The notes beneath the pieces were generated by a model, which had not been told where the DNA came from, made no database searches, and saw only the letters and a program-made list of their open reading frames with translations. 64,000 bases of DNA from Candidatus Latescibacterota bacterium (lineage in GTDB: Bacteria; Latescibacterota; UBA2968; GCA-2709665). Positions 39,970 through 50,430 of this stretch are shown here, piece by piece; position 1 is the first letter of the stretch; each line of letters opens with the position of its first letter. A program made the translations under genes and the position numbers. The stretch is from assembly GCA_963667175.2 (NCBI GenBank), contig CAXXXF010000015.1:832001-896000 (forward strand). Reading direction: 5' to 3'.

Positions 39970-41055
39970 TTAAGCAGCTTGTAGCGTAAGCGCAACGTTG
40001 TACCCCAACTTTTCCAGGCGATGGGAGAGCCGAGAGACAACGTCGTGTTTCTTGCGCTGATCGAAATAGTTGCTGCCCGGATCTTGATAAGGTTGTGTGT
40101 GACAGGCCATATGATAGGCGGCTGTGAGAATGGAATGAGCCACTGCCACCAAGGCGCGTTTCTTGCCCCGTCGTGCGGCCAACCGACGATAGAGAGCGGA
40201 CAGATAAGTGTCTTTGGTGCGCGAGGCCGCCCAGGCCGCTTGGACGAGGGCAAGACGCAACGCAGGATTGCCTTTGGTGGTGCGCCCCGATTGACGTTTC
40301 CCTGCGCTTTCATGGTTTCCCGGCGCTAAGCCGACCCAGGAGGCCAGATGCCGGTGGGTGGGGAAGCGGCCCATATCCACGCCCATTTCGGCCACCATAA
40401 CCTCGGCCACGGTCTGGTTGACGCCAGGAATCGTATCCCACAAGGCCATGGCCTGATTGGGAAGGAGCCCAGAAGCTTGCGCAGGCTTGGACGAGGCGGC
40501 GGTTGGTGACTGCGCAGGCTTGGGCGAACCGCCCGAAGGAGGCTGCGGGTCTTTTGGGGGCACACCCATCGCCTCAATGTGTTGAGCGATCTGGTCGGAC
40601 AGCTGAGAAAGTTGTGTTTCCAGAAAGTCCAGATGCGCCAGCAAGTGGCTCAACAAAAAGCGATGGTGGGGTCGGAAAAAGCCGGTCAGCGCCTGCTCCA
40701 GGTCGGCCTTCTTGTTGCGCAAGCGGCCCTTGGCCAACTCCGCTAACGCTGCTGGATCTTCCTGGCCTTGGATGAGCCCTTTTAGTATGGCCCGACCCGA
40801 CACGCCCAGCGTATCGCTGGCCACACTGGACAGCTTGATGTTGGCGCCCTCCAAAGCCTTCTGCACCCGATTGATCACCCGGGTGCAGCCCCACTGAGAA
40901 AGCCAATCGCTCAACGCCAGCAACTGCCGGGTCATTGTGGAGAAGGTCTTTACCTCTCGCCGGCTCGGCTTTGACCCTTCGGCCTTCATCCGGCAGGCAA
41001 CGACCGTCTTTTTGTGGACATCCAAACCAGCGCAACAAGGGTAGATGACATGCAT
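39970..41055 (-). pseudogene. IS110 recombinase with in-frame internal deletion
   Basis: GLDVHKKTVVAC and NHESAGK present; GCTRV joins directly to INRVQK, so the AMESTG and KTDxxD segments are missing. Confidence 0.85.
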
Positions 41056-41078
41056 CGCAGGCCTCCTGTGTCTGATCC

Positions 41079-41223
41079 GGCTGGTCGGGTATCTGCTGGG
41101 ATAAGAGTCTACTTGGCGGGCTCTCCCTTTACAGGGGGCGACAATAATGGATACCTCCAGATACCCAGGTCCAACTGTTTTTCAGGCTCATAGCACCATC
41201 TACAAAACGACCTTCGACCAGCC
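41079..41223 (-). ncRNA. Putative IS110 bridge RNA
   Basis: Nested stems GGCTGGTCG/CGACCAGCC, GGGTATCTG/CAGATACCC, AGGTC/GACCT; loop matches to target and donor junctions. Confidence 0.6.
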
Positions 41224-41849
41224 AAGGGTTATGGTGGCCAACAACTTACCACACAAGTCTGTTGACGCAACCATTTTCATCATTATGGGTGCCCCAAAGG
41301 GGCATGACAACTGTTTTGTGAACGGAGAGGCAGACCGCATACTGGAACGGTATCGCCGGACGTTTGACGCGAACCGGCGAATCCTACTCTACCGGAGGCT
41401 CCAGGAAATCCTGTATGAAGAACAGCCGTGTACGTTTATCTTCGTAGGGCGGTCGGTCACGGCCTACAGCAAGCGGTTTCGAGGGGTGAACTGGTATCCT
41501 TCGGGACGGACCGATTATTTGGAATGGTGGGTGCCGCAGGCGGACCGGCGTTATCCGTGAGACGAAATCCCGGCAACCTCGCGTGCAAAGGAGTCGCGCC
41601 CTCGAGGGTTTTCTACCCAGCTTCCTGCACTGAGAACTGTCAGCTTTTGGCTGGCGGACTGCCCATTGCCAACCGATTCGGTGGCGGGGTTGAGGGGGCT
41701 GATAGCTGACGGCTGAACGCTCACAATGGGAAAAGTTGTCAAGTCACACAACCCGCACTACGTGACGGTTTTTCTCATCGTGACTACCAATAAACCGATC
41801 CATAGATCGCTATTGTGGAAGACGTGAACGAATCATTTTTCATATATGA

Positions 41850-44800
41850 ATGCACTCTTTCCCTGGCTTAACTATGGACAAACTTGAGTCTGGAACGGTC
41901 GTCGACGAGCGGTACGAGATCCTGGCTGCAATTGGTAGCGGTGGCTTAGGGACTGTATACCGTGCGCGCGACGTGAACGATAATGTCGTGGTGGCCGTGA
42001 AGATGTTAAATATCCCGGGAGACGAGGCGCAACGGCGGTTCCTCAGGGAGTTCAATATTCTCTCGAGAATCCGCCATCCGCGGATTGTGCGATCGCACCA
42101 TTGGGGCGTTTATCAGGGCAAACCGTATTTCTCGATGGATTTCATTTGCGGTCGCAACCTGTCCGAACTGATTGCCAGCAGGGAAGACCGCGAGACCCTA
42201 AGGACGTTTTGGTTCGATTCCTTTGTCCGGCAGATAGCCGAAGGTCTGGCGTACTTCCACAGCCACGGTCTGGTACATCGGGATCTTAAGCCCTCCAACG
42301 TAATGATCTCGATGGATGGCGACAAATTCAATGTGGTAATCCTCGATCTTGGTCTGGCTCGATTCCAGGATTCCAGGGAGCTGCGTCTGACGCAGCCGGG
42401 AAGCGCATCTGGCACAGTGGAATACATGTCCCCCGAACAGATCCGGGGCAGGGCGGTGGACCAGCGGTGCGACCTGTATTCGATGGGAATCATATTGTAC
42501 GAGGTCCTGACGGGCGAACCGCCCTTTACAGGCGGGAATCCGGCTTCGGTTATGTTCCAGCATTTGAGAGACCTGCCCCGGCCGCCTCGCGCTTACGGCG
42601 CGGGTGTTTCTTCACATATCCAGGGCGTGGTCATGAAGTTGCTGGAAAAGGAGCCGATTGACCGTTACGATTCTGTGCGGAGCCTCCTGCAAGACTTGGC
42701 CATGAGTGATGATGGCTCAATTGATCTCCAAACAGGTCGCGACCAGCCGCTAATGCAATCCGCTCCGTTTCTGTATCCGCAGTTCTTGGGCCGTGAAAGA
42801 GAGATGAAGGTGCTCCGGGAGGTTTTGAGGGATTCCGAAGAGGGGATGGGGCGGATGGTCCTGATAAATGGCGAGGCCGGGATTGGAAAGACCCAGGTCC
42901 TGGAGGAGTTTCAGGCCGACGCCCGCGTTCACGGGATGCGAATTTTGACCGGGCGCTGTCAGGAAAGCGGAGGCCGCGCTTATGGGCCGTTTCTTGAGGC
43001 ATTGCAGGAACTGGCGAAAAAGCCGAGAATTGAGGGAACAGATGCTGGCAATGCCGTTACGCGCGTGCTCGACGAACTTGATCGGCCGGTGTCAAACATC
43101 CAGAAAGACACCTATCCAGCTATGGAGATTCTGTCGGAATTTCTCGTTCACTTAAGCCGTGAGAAGCCGACCCTCATTTGTATTGAAGACCTGCAATGGG
43201 CCGACGACTTGAGCCTGAGATTCCTGGATTTCATGAAGAGGAATCCGGATCCAACGTCCCTTGTATTTGGCCTGACCTGCCGAAAGGAGGATGAAGACCC
43301 GCTCCCGGCTCGACTCGAAGCCTTTACCAAAGAGACGGATGCGCCGGGCGTTGTATATCTGCAACTTGAGCCGCTGAGCTCTGAAGAAACGACAGACCTG
43401 GCTGCATCCCTGATCGGCGAGCAGACTGTTCCTGAGGAAATAGCGCAAAGGATTTACGAGCAATCGGGCGGAAATCCACTTTTCATCGTTGAATTGGTCC
43501 GAAGTTCTATCGAGGGCGGTCCGATCAGTCAGGATTCATCCGGTCGATGGACGTGGAGGACCTCCCATGAGTGGCCGATGCCTTCGGGCGTCGTGCATGC
43601 CATTGAGTTTCGCCTCCGCCGGTTACGGGCCGCGCAGCGTCAGGTGCTGGAATACGCCTCGATCTTCCGCGGCGCGTTTTCGTTCGACATGATTTCACAG
43701 GTCTGGAGGGGGGATGACCTGGAGCTGCTAGAGGCTCTGGAAGGGCTTGTGCGATTGGGGCTCCTTAGTGCCCTTGAGGACTCCGAAGGAAAGCACTGCT
43801 TTGCACACGGATTATTGCAGAGGGCAGTTTACGAGGGGATCTCAGAAAAGAAACGCCTGCTGCTTCATCAGGAAGCGGGCAAGGCACTCGAGCCGAGATT
43901 CGAAACCGACGGAATTGAAGTCCTTGATGATCTGGCTTATCATTTCTCGAATTCCGACGACGTGGAAAAAATGACGCGTTATCTGACTGAGTCGGGTCGG
44001 TGGGCGCTTCGAATGCAGGATTTTTCGCGCGCCCTCCAGCAGTTCGAAGCGGTAATTGAAAAGCAGGCGTTCTCTTCCGACGCACCCGCGGCCGTTTCCC
44101 TGGGTTCGGTAGCGCACCTGGATTATCTCTGCGCCTATGCCGAGGCGCTTTGCGGATGTGATCGGTTTGACCAAGCTCGGTCCGAATTGGATAAAGCAAT
44201 GCAATGGGTGTCTGCCGAGACGCCCGCCCTGAAGGCGGACGCGTTGAGAATGTTGGGAATATGCTATTCGAATTCAGGTGAGAATCAATCTGCCGAGACC
44301 GTTCTGTTGGATGCGTTGGATACCTATCGCAATCTCGGCAACGACGAGATGGAACTGATGGTCTTGGGACTGCTGCCCAATGTTTACCTGGAACTCGGGT
44401 GTGAAGAAGCCGCGGTTAAATATTGTCAGTCAGCCGCTGACAGGTGCCGTGAACTGGGAGGAGACATCAACGAGGCCCGTGCGTTTTTGTTTCTTGCCTT
44501 TTCCGAAGAGATCTTGCACGAAACAGAACAGGCGAAATCGTCCCTTGAGTCATCGTTGAATCTGCTGGACCAAACGCAAGACCATCTCTATCGATACACC
44601 TGCCTGTATTTGTTGGGACGCATTGATGTAAGGCTGGGGAATTTCGACCGGGCCGAGCGAATTTTCCAGGATTTACGGGACTATTGGAGCAGAAGCGGCA
44701 CGAAGACTGCTTGTGGCGTAGCGTGGTTCTATCTTGGGAGCATTGCCCTGGAACGGGGAGATGCCGCGGGGGCTGAGGCGCATTTGCGCTCGGCTGAGCG

Positions 44801-46766
44801 GCTACTATCGGACGGTGGGAGTCACATTGAAGTCTACAGAGCCTGTGCGTTGTTGGCCGAGTCACTGGCTGAGATCGGCCACGCTGAAGAGGCGCTTCAG
44901 TGGATTGACAAGGCACGGGCGGGGTCAGAAATAGACGGGAATACACGCGCCGCGGTTTTGACTGCAGAGGCTAAAGTGCTGGCAGCGCGAGGTAGGGATG
45001 TCGACGTAGACTTGCTATTTGAAAGGGCGTCTCAATCCCAGGATCCACGGAACGGTCTTGAGCACGTACGACTGCTTCTTTTCGCCGGATCATACTATCT
45101 GGACAACCGGCGTTTACCGGAGGCCCGGTTATACCTGGAGAATGCTCGATCGGCTGCTAAGGCGATAGGACTGAGCTATTTTTGTGTTAAGGCATCCAAT
45201 ATGCTTGAACTTATCCCTGAGGAAGTCGAAAAGGGGCCAACCGTGACCGAACGCTCATCGGCGCTTTCTGAGAAGCATCTCGCGACGCTTTGTGACGTTT
45301 CGCAGGATTTAACGTCTGAACTCGACTTGGATGTCCTATTGGACCGTGTTCTCGAGCGTTTGACAAAAGTCAGTGGAGCCGAACGCGTACTGATAACCCT
45401 TAAGGAACAGACCGCGTTCGATGTTCAGGTTGCGCGCGCGCATAGAATCGAAGATTCGGCGACACGAGAGATTAGCCGAACCATTATAAAAAGGACGATC
45501 GCACGAAACGAGCCGATATTGAGCCTGGATGCAGGTGTCGACGAACGATTCGAGAAAGGAGATAGCATCGTGGACTTCGGCATCCGATCGGTGCTTTGTA
45601 TTCCATTGCACCATGCGGAGTCAGGCGTGATTGGCGCGCTGTATATGGACCATCGCGGGTTAGACCAAGTCTTCAACGAATCCGACATGTCGTTCATGTG
45701 CGCCTTCGGGAATCTGGTGTCCATTGCGGTCGTCAACGCCTGGAAGTATTCTCAGGTATTGGAACGCGCTCTTTTCTTGGGAAAGCAAGTTGAAGATCGC
45801 TATCAGATGGAAGGATTAGTCGGAAGGAGCCAGCCGATACGGGACGTATTCAACCTGATTGAGCAGGCCGCTGATAGCGGGGCTACGGTATTGATTCAGG
45901 GCGAGACGGGGACGGGTAAGGAGCTTGCTGCGCGGGCGATTCATTCCTCTGGTACAAGAAAGGACCGTTTGTTTCTATCCGCCAATTGCGCGGCGCTTTC
46001 ACCGGAGCTTCTTCAAAGCGAATTGTTTGGCCACAAGAAAGGCGCATTCACTGGCGCGACAACCGACAGAAAGGGACTGTTTGAATCCGCCGACGGTGGT
46101 ACGGTTCTCCTGGACGAAATCGGCGATGCGTCCCACGAGTTTCAGTCGAGCCTCCTGCGCGTGCTGCAGGAGGGTGAGTTCCAGCGGGTCGGCGAAACAT
46201 TGGGGCGTCGCGCCAACGTGCGGGTAATTGCATCTACGAATCGCGATCTCGAGTCGGATGTACGAAATGGTCGGTTTCGCGAAGATTTGTACTATCGCCT
46301 CCGGGTATTGCAGATAGAGATGCCTCCGCTACGCAATCACATCGAGGATACCCCGTTGTTGGCAGAACAGATCCTGCGACGGGTTTGCGCCTCACACAAA
46401 AAAAGTGTCCCTGGCTTCACTGTTGGGGCCATGCGTGTTTTGATGGACCACAGGTGGCCGGGCAACGTGCGGGAGTTGGAAAACGAGATCACGCGCGCGG
46501 TCGCGCTAGTGGAAGAAGGAAAAGAAATCTCCGCAGGTTTATTCTCCGTGGGAATTGGGTTGCGACAGCAGTTGAAGGACGATACCCGGGGGTTATTCAA
46601 ATCGCGTGTAGCCGCCTTTGAGAGGCGAATGATTATTGACGCACTCGACCAATCTGGCGGGAATATCACTCAAGCCGCCAATCAATTGGGGCTGAGCCGA
46701 AACGGACTTCAAAAAATGACAAAGCGGTTTGGTTTGAGGGCTGGAACTGAGAAAAAAAAGAAATGA
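41850..46766 (+). CDS. Ser/Thr kinase-AAA ATPase-TPR-GAF-sigma54 enhancer-binding protein with Fis HTH
   Basis: [50 protein letters not shown]-terminal HTH. Confidence 0.93.
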   Translation: MHSFPGLTMDKLESGTVVDERYEILAAIGSGGLGTVYRARDVNDNVVVAVKMLNIPGDEAQRRFLREFNILSRIRHPRIVRSHHWGVYQGKPYFSMDFICGRNLSELIASREDRETLRTFWFDSFVRQIAEGLAYFHSHGLVHRDLKPSNVMISMDGDKFNVVILDLGLARFQDSRELRLTQPGSASGTVEYMSPEQIRGRAVDQRCDLYSMGIILYEVLTGEPPFTGGNPASVMFQHLRDLPRPPRAYGAGVSSHIQGVVMKLLEKEPIDRYDSVRSLLQDLAMSDDGSIDLQTGRDQPLMQSAPFLYPQFLGREREMKVLREVLRDSEEGMGRMVLINGEAGIGKTQVLEEFQADARVHGMRILTGRCQESGGRAYGPFLEALQELAKKPRIEGTDAGNAVTRVLDELDRPVSNIQKDTYPAMEILSEFLVHLSREKPTLICIEDLQWADDLSLRFLDFMKRNPDPTSLVFGLTCRKEDEDPLPARLEAFTKETDAPGVVYLQLEPLSSEETTDLAASLIGEQTVPEEIAQRIYEQSGGNPLFIVELVRSSIEGGPISQDSSGRWTWRTSHEWPMPSGVVHAIEFRLRRLRAAQRQVLEYASIFRGAFSFDMISQVWRGDDLELLEALEGLVRLGLLSALEDSEGKHCFAHGLLQRAVYEGISEKKRLLLHQEAGKALEPRFETDGIEVLDDLAYHFSNSDDVEKMTRYLTESGRWALRMQDFSRALQQFEAVIEKQAFSSDAPAAVSLGSVAHLDYLCAYAEALCGCDRFDQARSELDKAMQWVSAETPALKADALRMLGICYSNSGENQSAETVLLDALDTYRNLGNDEMELMVLGLLPNVYLELGCEEAAVKYCQSAADRCRELGGDINEARAFLFLAFSEEILHETEQAKSSLESSLNLLDQTQDHLYRYTCLYLLGRIDVRLGNFDRAERIFQDLRDYWSRSGTKTACGVAWFYLGSIALERGDAAGAEAHLRSAERLLSDGGSHIEVYRACALLAESLAEIGHAEEALQWIDKARAGSEIDGNTRAAVLTAEAKVLAARGRDVDVDLLFERASQSQDPRNGLEHVRLLLFAGSYYLDNRRLPEARLYLENARSAAKAIGLSYFCVKASNMLELIPEEVEKGPTVTERSSALSEKHLATLCDVSQDLTSELDLDVLLDRVLERLTKVSGAERVLITLKEQTAFDVQVARAHRIEDSATREISRTIIKRTIARNEPILSLDAGVDERFEKGDSIVDFGIRSVLCIPLHHAESGVIGALYMDHRGLDQVFNESDMSFMCAFGNLVSIAVVNAWKYSQVLERALFLGKQVEDRYQMEGLVGRSQPIRDVFNLIEQAADSGATVLIQGETGTGKELAARAIHSSGTRKDRLFLSANCAALSPELLQSELFGHKKGAFTGATTDRKGLFESADGGTVLLDEIGDASHEFQSSLLRVLQEGEFQRVGETLGRRANVRVIASTNRDLESDVRNGRFREDLYYRLRVLQIEMPPLRNHIEDTPLLAEQILRRVCASHKKSVPGFTVGAMRVLMDHRWPGNVRELENEITRAVALVEEGKEISAGLFSVGIGLRQQLKDDTRGLFKSRVAAFERRMIIDALDQSGGNITQAANQLGLSRNGLQKMTKRFGLRAGTEKKKK

Positions 46767-46767
46767 A

Positions 46768-46901
46768 GCGTATACAATGTAGGCAATATTTCGTATTTGT
46801 GATGCGGACCACGTTGAATTCAGTCTTAGTTCTTGTTATTGAATGGTTTATATGCTTTTTCAGTCAACAACGCGTCTGAATTGTGCATACAATGTATACG
46901 C
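46768..46901. promoter_or_regulatory. Pair of candidate upstream activating sequences
   Basis: GCGTATACAATGTAGGCA (46768-46785) and inverted TGCATACAATGTATACGC (46884-46901), 16 of 18 positions matching. Confidence 0.65.
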
Positions 46902-46999
46902 TTGATGGGTAGGTAGACTCAGTAGGCGCAAAATCTGTATCGTTTTTAACATGTTGTTTTTAGAGCGCTTGTGTGTATACACAGGCGCTTTTTTTTATC

Positions 47000-47014
47000 T
47001 GGTACGTTTGTTGC
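47000..47014 (+). promoter_or_regulatory. sigma54 -24/-12 promoter
   Basis: TGGTAC-GTTTG-TTGC immediately downstream of a sigma54 activator gene. Confidence 0.8.
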
Positions 47015-47122
47015 GTTGAATTTCGGACAAGGTGAAGGGGCAAATGCTCGCTACCGGCGAACTATCCTGACTTCGAGTACGGATCTGTGAATTTCCCTTC
47101 CAAACAAACAAGGAGACTGGCG

Positions 47123-47350
47123 ATGAGACCGAATAATTCTGGACGTCCTTTTCGTTCGATCAATGCGGCCCTCGACAAAAACGGTAGAATTCACGGTTGT
47201 CTTTCACCTTCGGAACCGATTAAGGGGATTGTCTGTGTCTGGCCTCGGTTCCCTGTACTACCGCCGCCCGTGAAAACAAAATCTGCGCTTGAGGATGCGT
47301 CAAGAGAATCCCATTCTGCCTGGCGTTCAGATGGGCAGAGAGGTAAATGA
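47123..47350 (+). CDS. Putative 75-aa RiPP precursor peptide
   Basis: AAGGAG RBS; first ORF after the sigma54 promoter; stop lies 1 bp before the radical SAM start; FRSIN leader-like motif, GCLSPSEP and CVWP. Confidence 0.7.
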   Translation: MRPNNSGRPFRSINAALDKNGRIHGCLSPSEPIKGIVCVWPRFPVLPPPVKTKSALEDASRESHSAWRSDGQRGK

Positions 47351-47351
47351 C

Positions 47352-48797
47352 GTGTTGCAAATAGAAAAATCGGATATACATCTGTTTAGAACGTCCGAAG
47401 ACAACCGTGCAATAATGTTCCAGGTTGATACCGGATTGTTTTTTGAGCTATACCCTCTTGCTGAGACCATTTTGAAGGAATGCGATGGTCTATCGGCTGA
47501 GAACATTGTGTCTAATCTTGACGGTGAATACAATCGTAGCGACGTACTAAATACAATTGAAGCCCTCGCGGAAGCAGGGTTTATATCGGATGCGTCCCTA
47601 CATATGCTTCCGACTAAAGCACTTGTCGATGAACGGCCCTGCGAATCGCCAGGGCTGAACACGTTCTCAGATCCGTTTCATATTACGCTTCACGTGGCGC
47701 ATGCGTGTAACATAAAGTGCGCTTATTGTTTTGCCCATGGCGGGGACTATGGCGGCCAGCCGGGAGTTATGCAGCCGGACGTCGCGCATCAGGCGGTACG
47801 ATGGGCGTTGGATTCTTCCATCCCATTCCGTAGATGCCAGATAGACTTCTTCGGCGGCGAACCTCTTCTGAATTTCGAACTGATTGGCGAGGTCGTTCCG
47901 TTTGCACGTGAATACGCCCGGAAGGTTGGGGTGGACGTCTCTTTTGGCATTACGACAAACGGTTCCTTAATGACAGAAGAAATAAACCAGTTCTTGATGG
48001 ATGAAGAATTCCAGATCAAAGTAAGCATAGACGGTAGCGCAGCTGTACAAAACCGGCTTCGAAAATTCCACGACGGGAGCGACACGCACGATGTTGTTGC
48101 CGAGAACGTTCGAAAGCTGACCGAGCGGTCTTCCGATCGAGTAGCTGTCCACGCAACGATGACATCCTTCAACATGGATGGGGAAGCCATAGGAAGGGAC
48201 CTGGAAGAGTTGGGCGCCGCCCATGTGGAGTTGGCTCCGGTTGTCGCCTCTCCAAAGGCGCCCTATGCCTTTCGCGAAGAACATCTCCCGGAGCTGAAAC
48301 GAGGGCTGCGAAAGCAGAGCCAACGGGAGTTGAAGTCGATTCTTGGCGGTACCCTTGATCGAGGATTCTTCGACGAGTACATCGAGAGATTGATGAGACG
48401 CGCGAAAGCCTGCCATGGATGCCATGGCGGGAAGACGTTTTTCGCGGTGGCTGCGGATGGCGCGATCTATTTCTGTTCCAGTTTGGCGGACAGCCCGGAC
48501 TTCAAGATGGGGGACGTATTCACCGGGCTGGACGGGCAAGTTCAAGACGAAATCAACGAGACGTTCCATGTAGATAACCGCAGTGATTGCCGCACATGCT
48601 GGGCAAGGAATCTCTGCGGCGGAGGATGTCTGTTCGATGCGCGAGCTGCAACGGGAGATCCCATGAAACCTAATCCGGTCTCGTGCGAACAGATACGCTA
48701 CCGGTATGAATTGGCCATGGAGATGGGCCTGGAAATCCAGAACCGAGACGAGACGATCCTGGGAGAGCGGTACAATCTGAAACGGATACATATATGA
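47352..48797 (+). CDS. Radical SAM/SPASM peptide maturase with N-terminal RRE-like domain
   Basis: CNIKCAYC, FFGGEPLL, TTNG, SIDG, CHGG..YFC, CRTCWARNLCGGGC..C. Confidence 0.92.
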   Translation: MLQIEKSDIHLFRTSEDNRAIMFQVDTGLFFELYPLAETILKECDGLSAENIVSNLDGEYNRSDVLNTIEALAEAGFISDASLHMLPTKALVDERPCESPGLNTFSDPFHITLHVAHACNIKCAYCFAHGGDYGGQPGVMQPDVAHQAVRWALDSSIPFRRCQIDFFGGEPLLNFELIGEVVPFAREYARKVGVDVSFGITTNGSLMTEEINQFLMDEEFQIKVSIDGSAAVQNRLRKFHDGSDTHDVVAENVRKLTERSSDRVAVHATMTSFNMDGEAIGRDLEELGAAHVELAPVVASPKAPYAFREEHLPELKRGLRKQSQRELKSILGGTLDRGFFDEYIERLMRRAKACHGCHGGKTFFAVAADGAIYFCSSLADSPDFKMGDVFTGLDGQVQDEINETFHVDNRSDCRTCWARNLCGGGCLFDARAATGDPMKPNPVSCEQIRYRYELAMEMGLEIQNRDETILGERYNLKRIHI

Positions 48798-48895
48798 TAG
48801 AGACCTGGAACACGTAACCGTTTTCGACTAGACTGACAGTGTCGAATCCCAGGCGCCCCATCCACAAGCTTTGAAGACTCCACATCGTTCGAATA

Positions 48896-50377
48896 ATGAA
48901 ACCAAAAATGAACCCGGCATCACCACGTTACAGGAAAGAATGTCACATATTTGAAGCTGACGGACGAACCATTCTGTTCGACGTGGAAGGCATTCGCGCC
49001 TTCTACGTTAACGACGTGGAACGCGAAATTATGGCCTTATGCGACGGCAGGAAAGCAAAAGAAATCATCAGCGCCCTGGGCGCCGTTTATCCCTCTGATC
49101 TTATTCACAACGCATTGGACCGCCTGAGCGAATTGGGACTAATGACCGACAGGTGTCACGAATCTGCTACGATCAGTGCTCCCGAACAGGTCGAAGTAAC
49201 CCATCTAAATATCGATTTGGCACACGATTGCGATATGGCATGCGGCTACTGTTACCTGGAGCCGATTCTTCAGCGGGAAAAACCAAGATATATGGACGAA
49301 AAAACCGCTTTACGGGCGGTAGATTTCTTGATGGATGCATCTGGAGTATCAAAGACATTGTACATGAGCTTCTACGGTGGTGAACCGTTGTTGGCCGGCC
49401 CACTGTTAAAACGAACGGTGGATTACGCAAACGAGCAAGCGGCTGCCCTTGAGAAAGATATCTTTTTTGATATCACCACAAATGGTTTGCAATTGAGGGA
49501 AAACACTGCCAGGGATCTCGCTAAGAGGGGTGTTTTCATTTCAGCAAGTATCGATGGAACCCAGGAAGTTCACGACGCTCTGCGAATAAAGGAGGAAGGG
49601 ACAAATACGTACTCCAGGGTCGTTGATGTCGTGCGCATGTTGGATCGCCTTTCTTTAAACGGCTTTGGACTTAGAGCTACGGCGACTGCACAGGATTTCG
49701 ATTGGGCCGGACAGCTTGCGCACCTCTTGAATCTAGCACCTACTGCCCACCAGGTCTATCTGGTACAAGCAGTGCTGCAACGGGACGATGCACGCGCTAT
49801 TTCAGAACATCACATTGCTGACGTCAAGGCCGCCCTGTCGGATATAAGATGGTTGATTCAGGATCATGTCTTGACAAATAACCCAACATGGATCGGCAAG
49901 TTAGAGGACGATATCTGGCAGATTGCGAATCAGAAGAAGAAACTCTATTCGTGCGGGGCAGGGGTCCGGAATCTGACGGTCTGTCCACAGGGCGACCTCT
50001 ATACATGCTCTGGCCTCGTCGGTGATCTTTCTTTTAGAGTGGGTGACATCTTTGAAGGGATTGACGTCCAAAAACGAAAGCAGTGGATGATCGACCACAT
50101 AGTGGGTGCAACAGATCAAAGGGATTGGTCACGTTTTCTTTCCGGCGGGAGTTGCTACTTCCGCAGCTTCGTCCGAGACGGAGATACAAGGTCCGTTGAC
50201 TTGATGGAGCGTGAAATTACCAATTATTCGCACGAACAGACTATCGCAACGTACTTGCAAATTGCCGAAAAGTCGCCCGGTATACTTGAGGCTCGGTACG
50301 ATGCACCAAGTGAAACGAATCACGAAGTAAGTCTCGAATTACCTCACGAATGTATGCTTCATCGCGTCCACCGATAG
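48896..50377 (+). CDS. Second radical SAM peptide maturase with RRE-like domain and degenerate SPASM
   Basis: CDMACGYC, FYGGEPLL, CGAG..YTC; ATDQRDWSRFLSGGSC replaces Cx2Cx5Cx3C. Confidence 0.88.
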   Translation: MKPKMNPASPRYRKECHIFEADGRTILFDVEGIRAFYVNDVEREIMALCDGRKAKEIISALGAVYPSDLIHNALDRLSELGLMTDRCHESATISAPEQVEVTHLNIDLAHDCDMACGYCYLEPILQREKPRYMDEKTALRAVDFLMDASGVSKTLYMSFYGGEPLLAGPLLKRTVDYANEQAAALEKDIFFDITTNGLQLRENTARDLAKRGVFISASIDGTQEVHDALRIKEEGTNTYSRVVDVVRMLDRLSLNGFGLRATATAQDFDWAGQLAHLLNLAPTAHQVYLVQAVLQRDDARAISEHHIADVKAALSDIRWLIQDHVLTNNPTWIGKLEDDIWQIANQKKKLYSCGAGVRNLTVCPQGDLYTCSGLVGDLSFRVGDIFEGIDVQKRKQWMIDHIVGATDQRDWSRFLSGGSCYFRSFVRDGDTRSVDLMEREITNYSHEQTIATYLQIAEKSPGILEARYDAPSETNHEVSLELPHECMLHRVHR

Positions 50378-50430
50378 ACGTATTGCATGTAAGGGTTTCG
50401 GTGGCCTCCTGAGTCTGTAGGGAGTTTACG

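Larger units (their letters stand above)
39916..41312 (-). mobile_element. IS110-family element, CT core at both junctions (1395 bp net)
   Basis: TATAC-CT-ACTTAG at left, GACAA-CT-GTTTTG at right; no terminal inverted repeats; long non-coding leader. Confidence 0.9.
38312..41560 (+). pseudogene. Peptide ABC substrate-binding protein (family 5) split by IS110
   Basis: FSDGRPLT, GSGPY, DKRVRRAM; removing 39918-41312 restores GANYTCFVNGEAD in frame. Confidence 0.88.

Noticed and set aside
41147-41311. Independent 137-aa gene starting at 41147
   Set aside because: Its first part is IS110 leader; the rest is the C-terminus of the split binding protein
48798-48895. Second precursor peptide between the radical SAM genes
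   Set aside because: No RBS-led ORF of plausible length
47123-50377. True quinohemoprotein amine dehydrogenase or SCIFF operon
   Set aside because: The peptide has only two Cys, and no c-type haem subunit or other qhp genes are present
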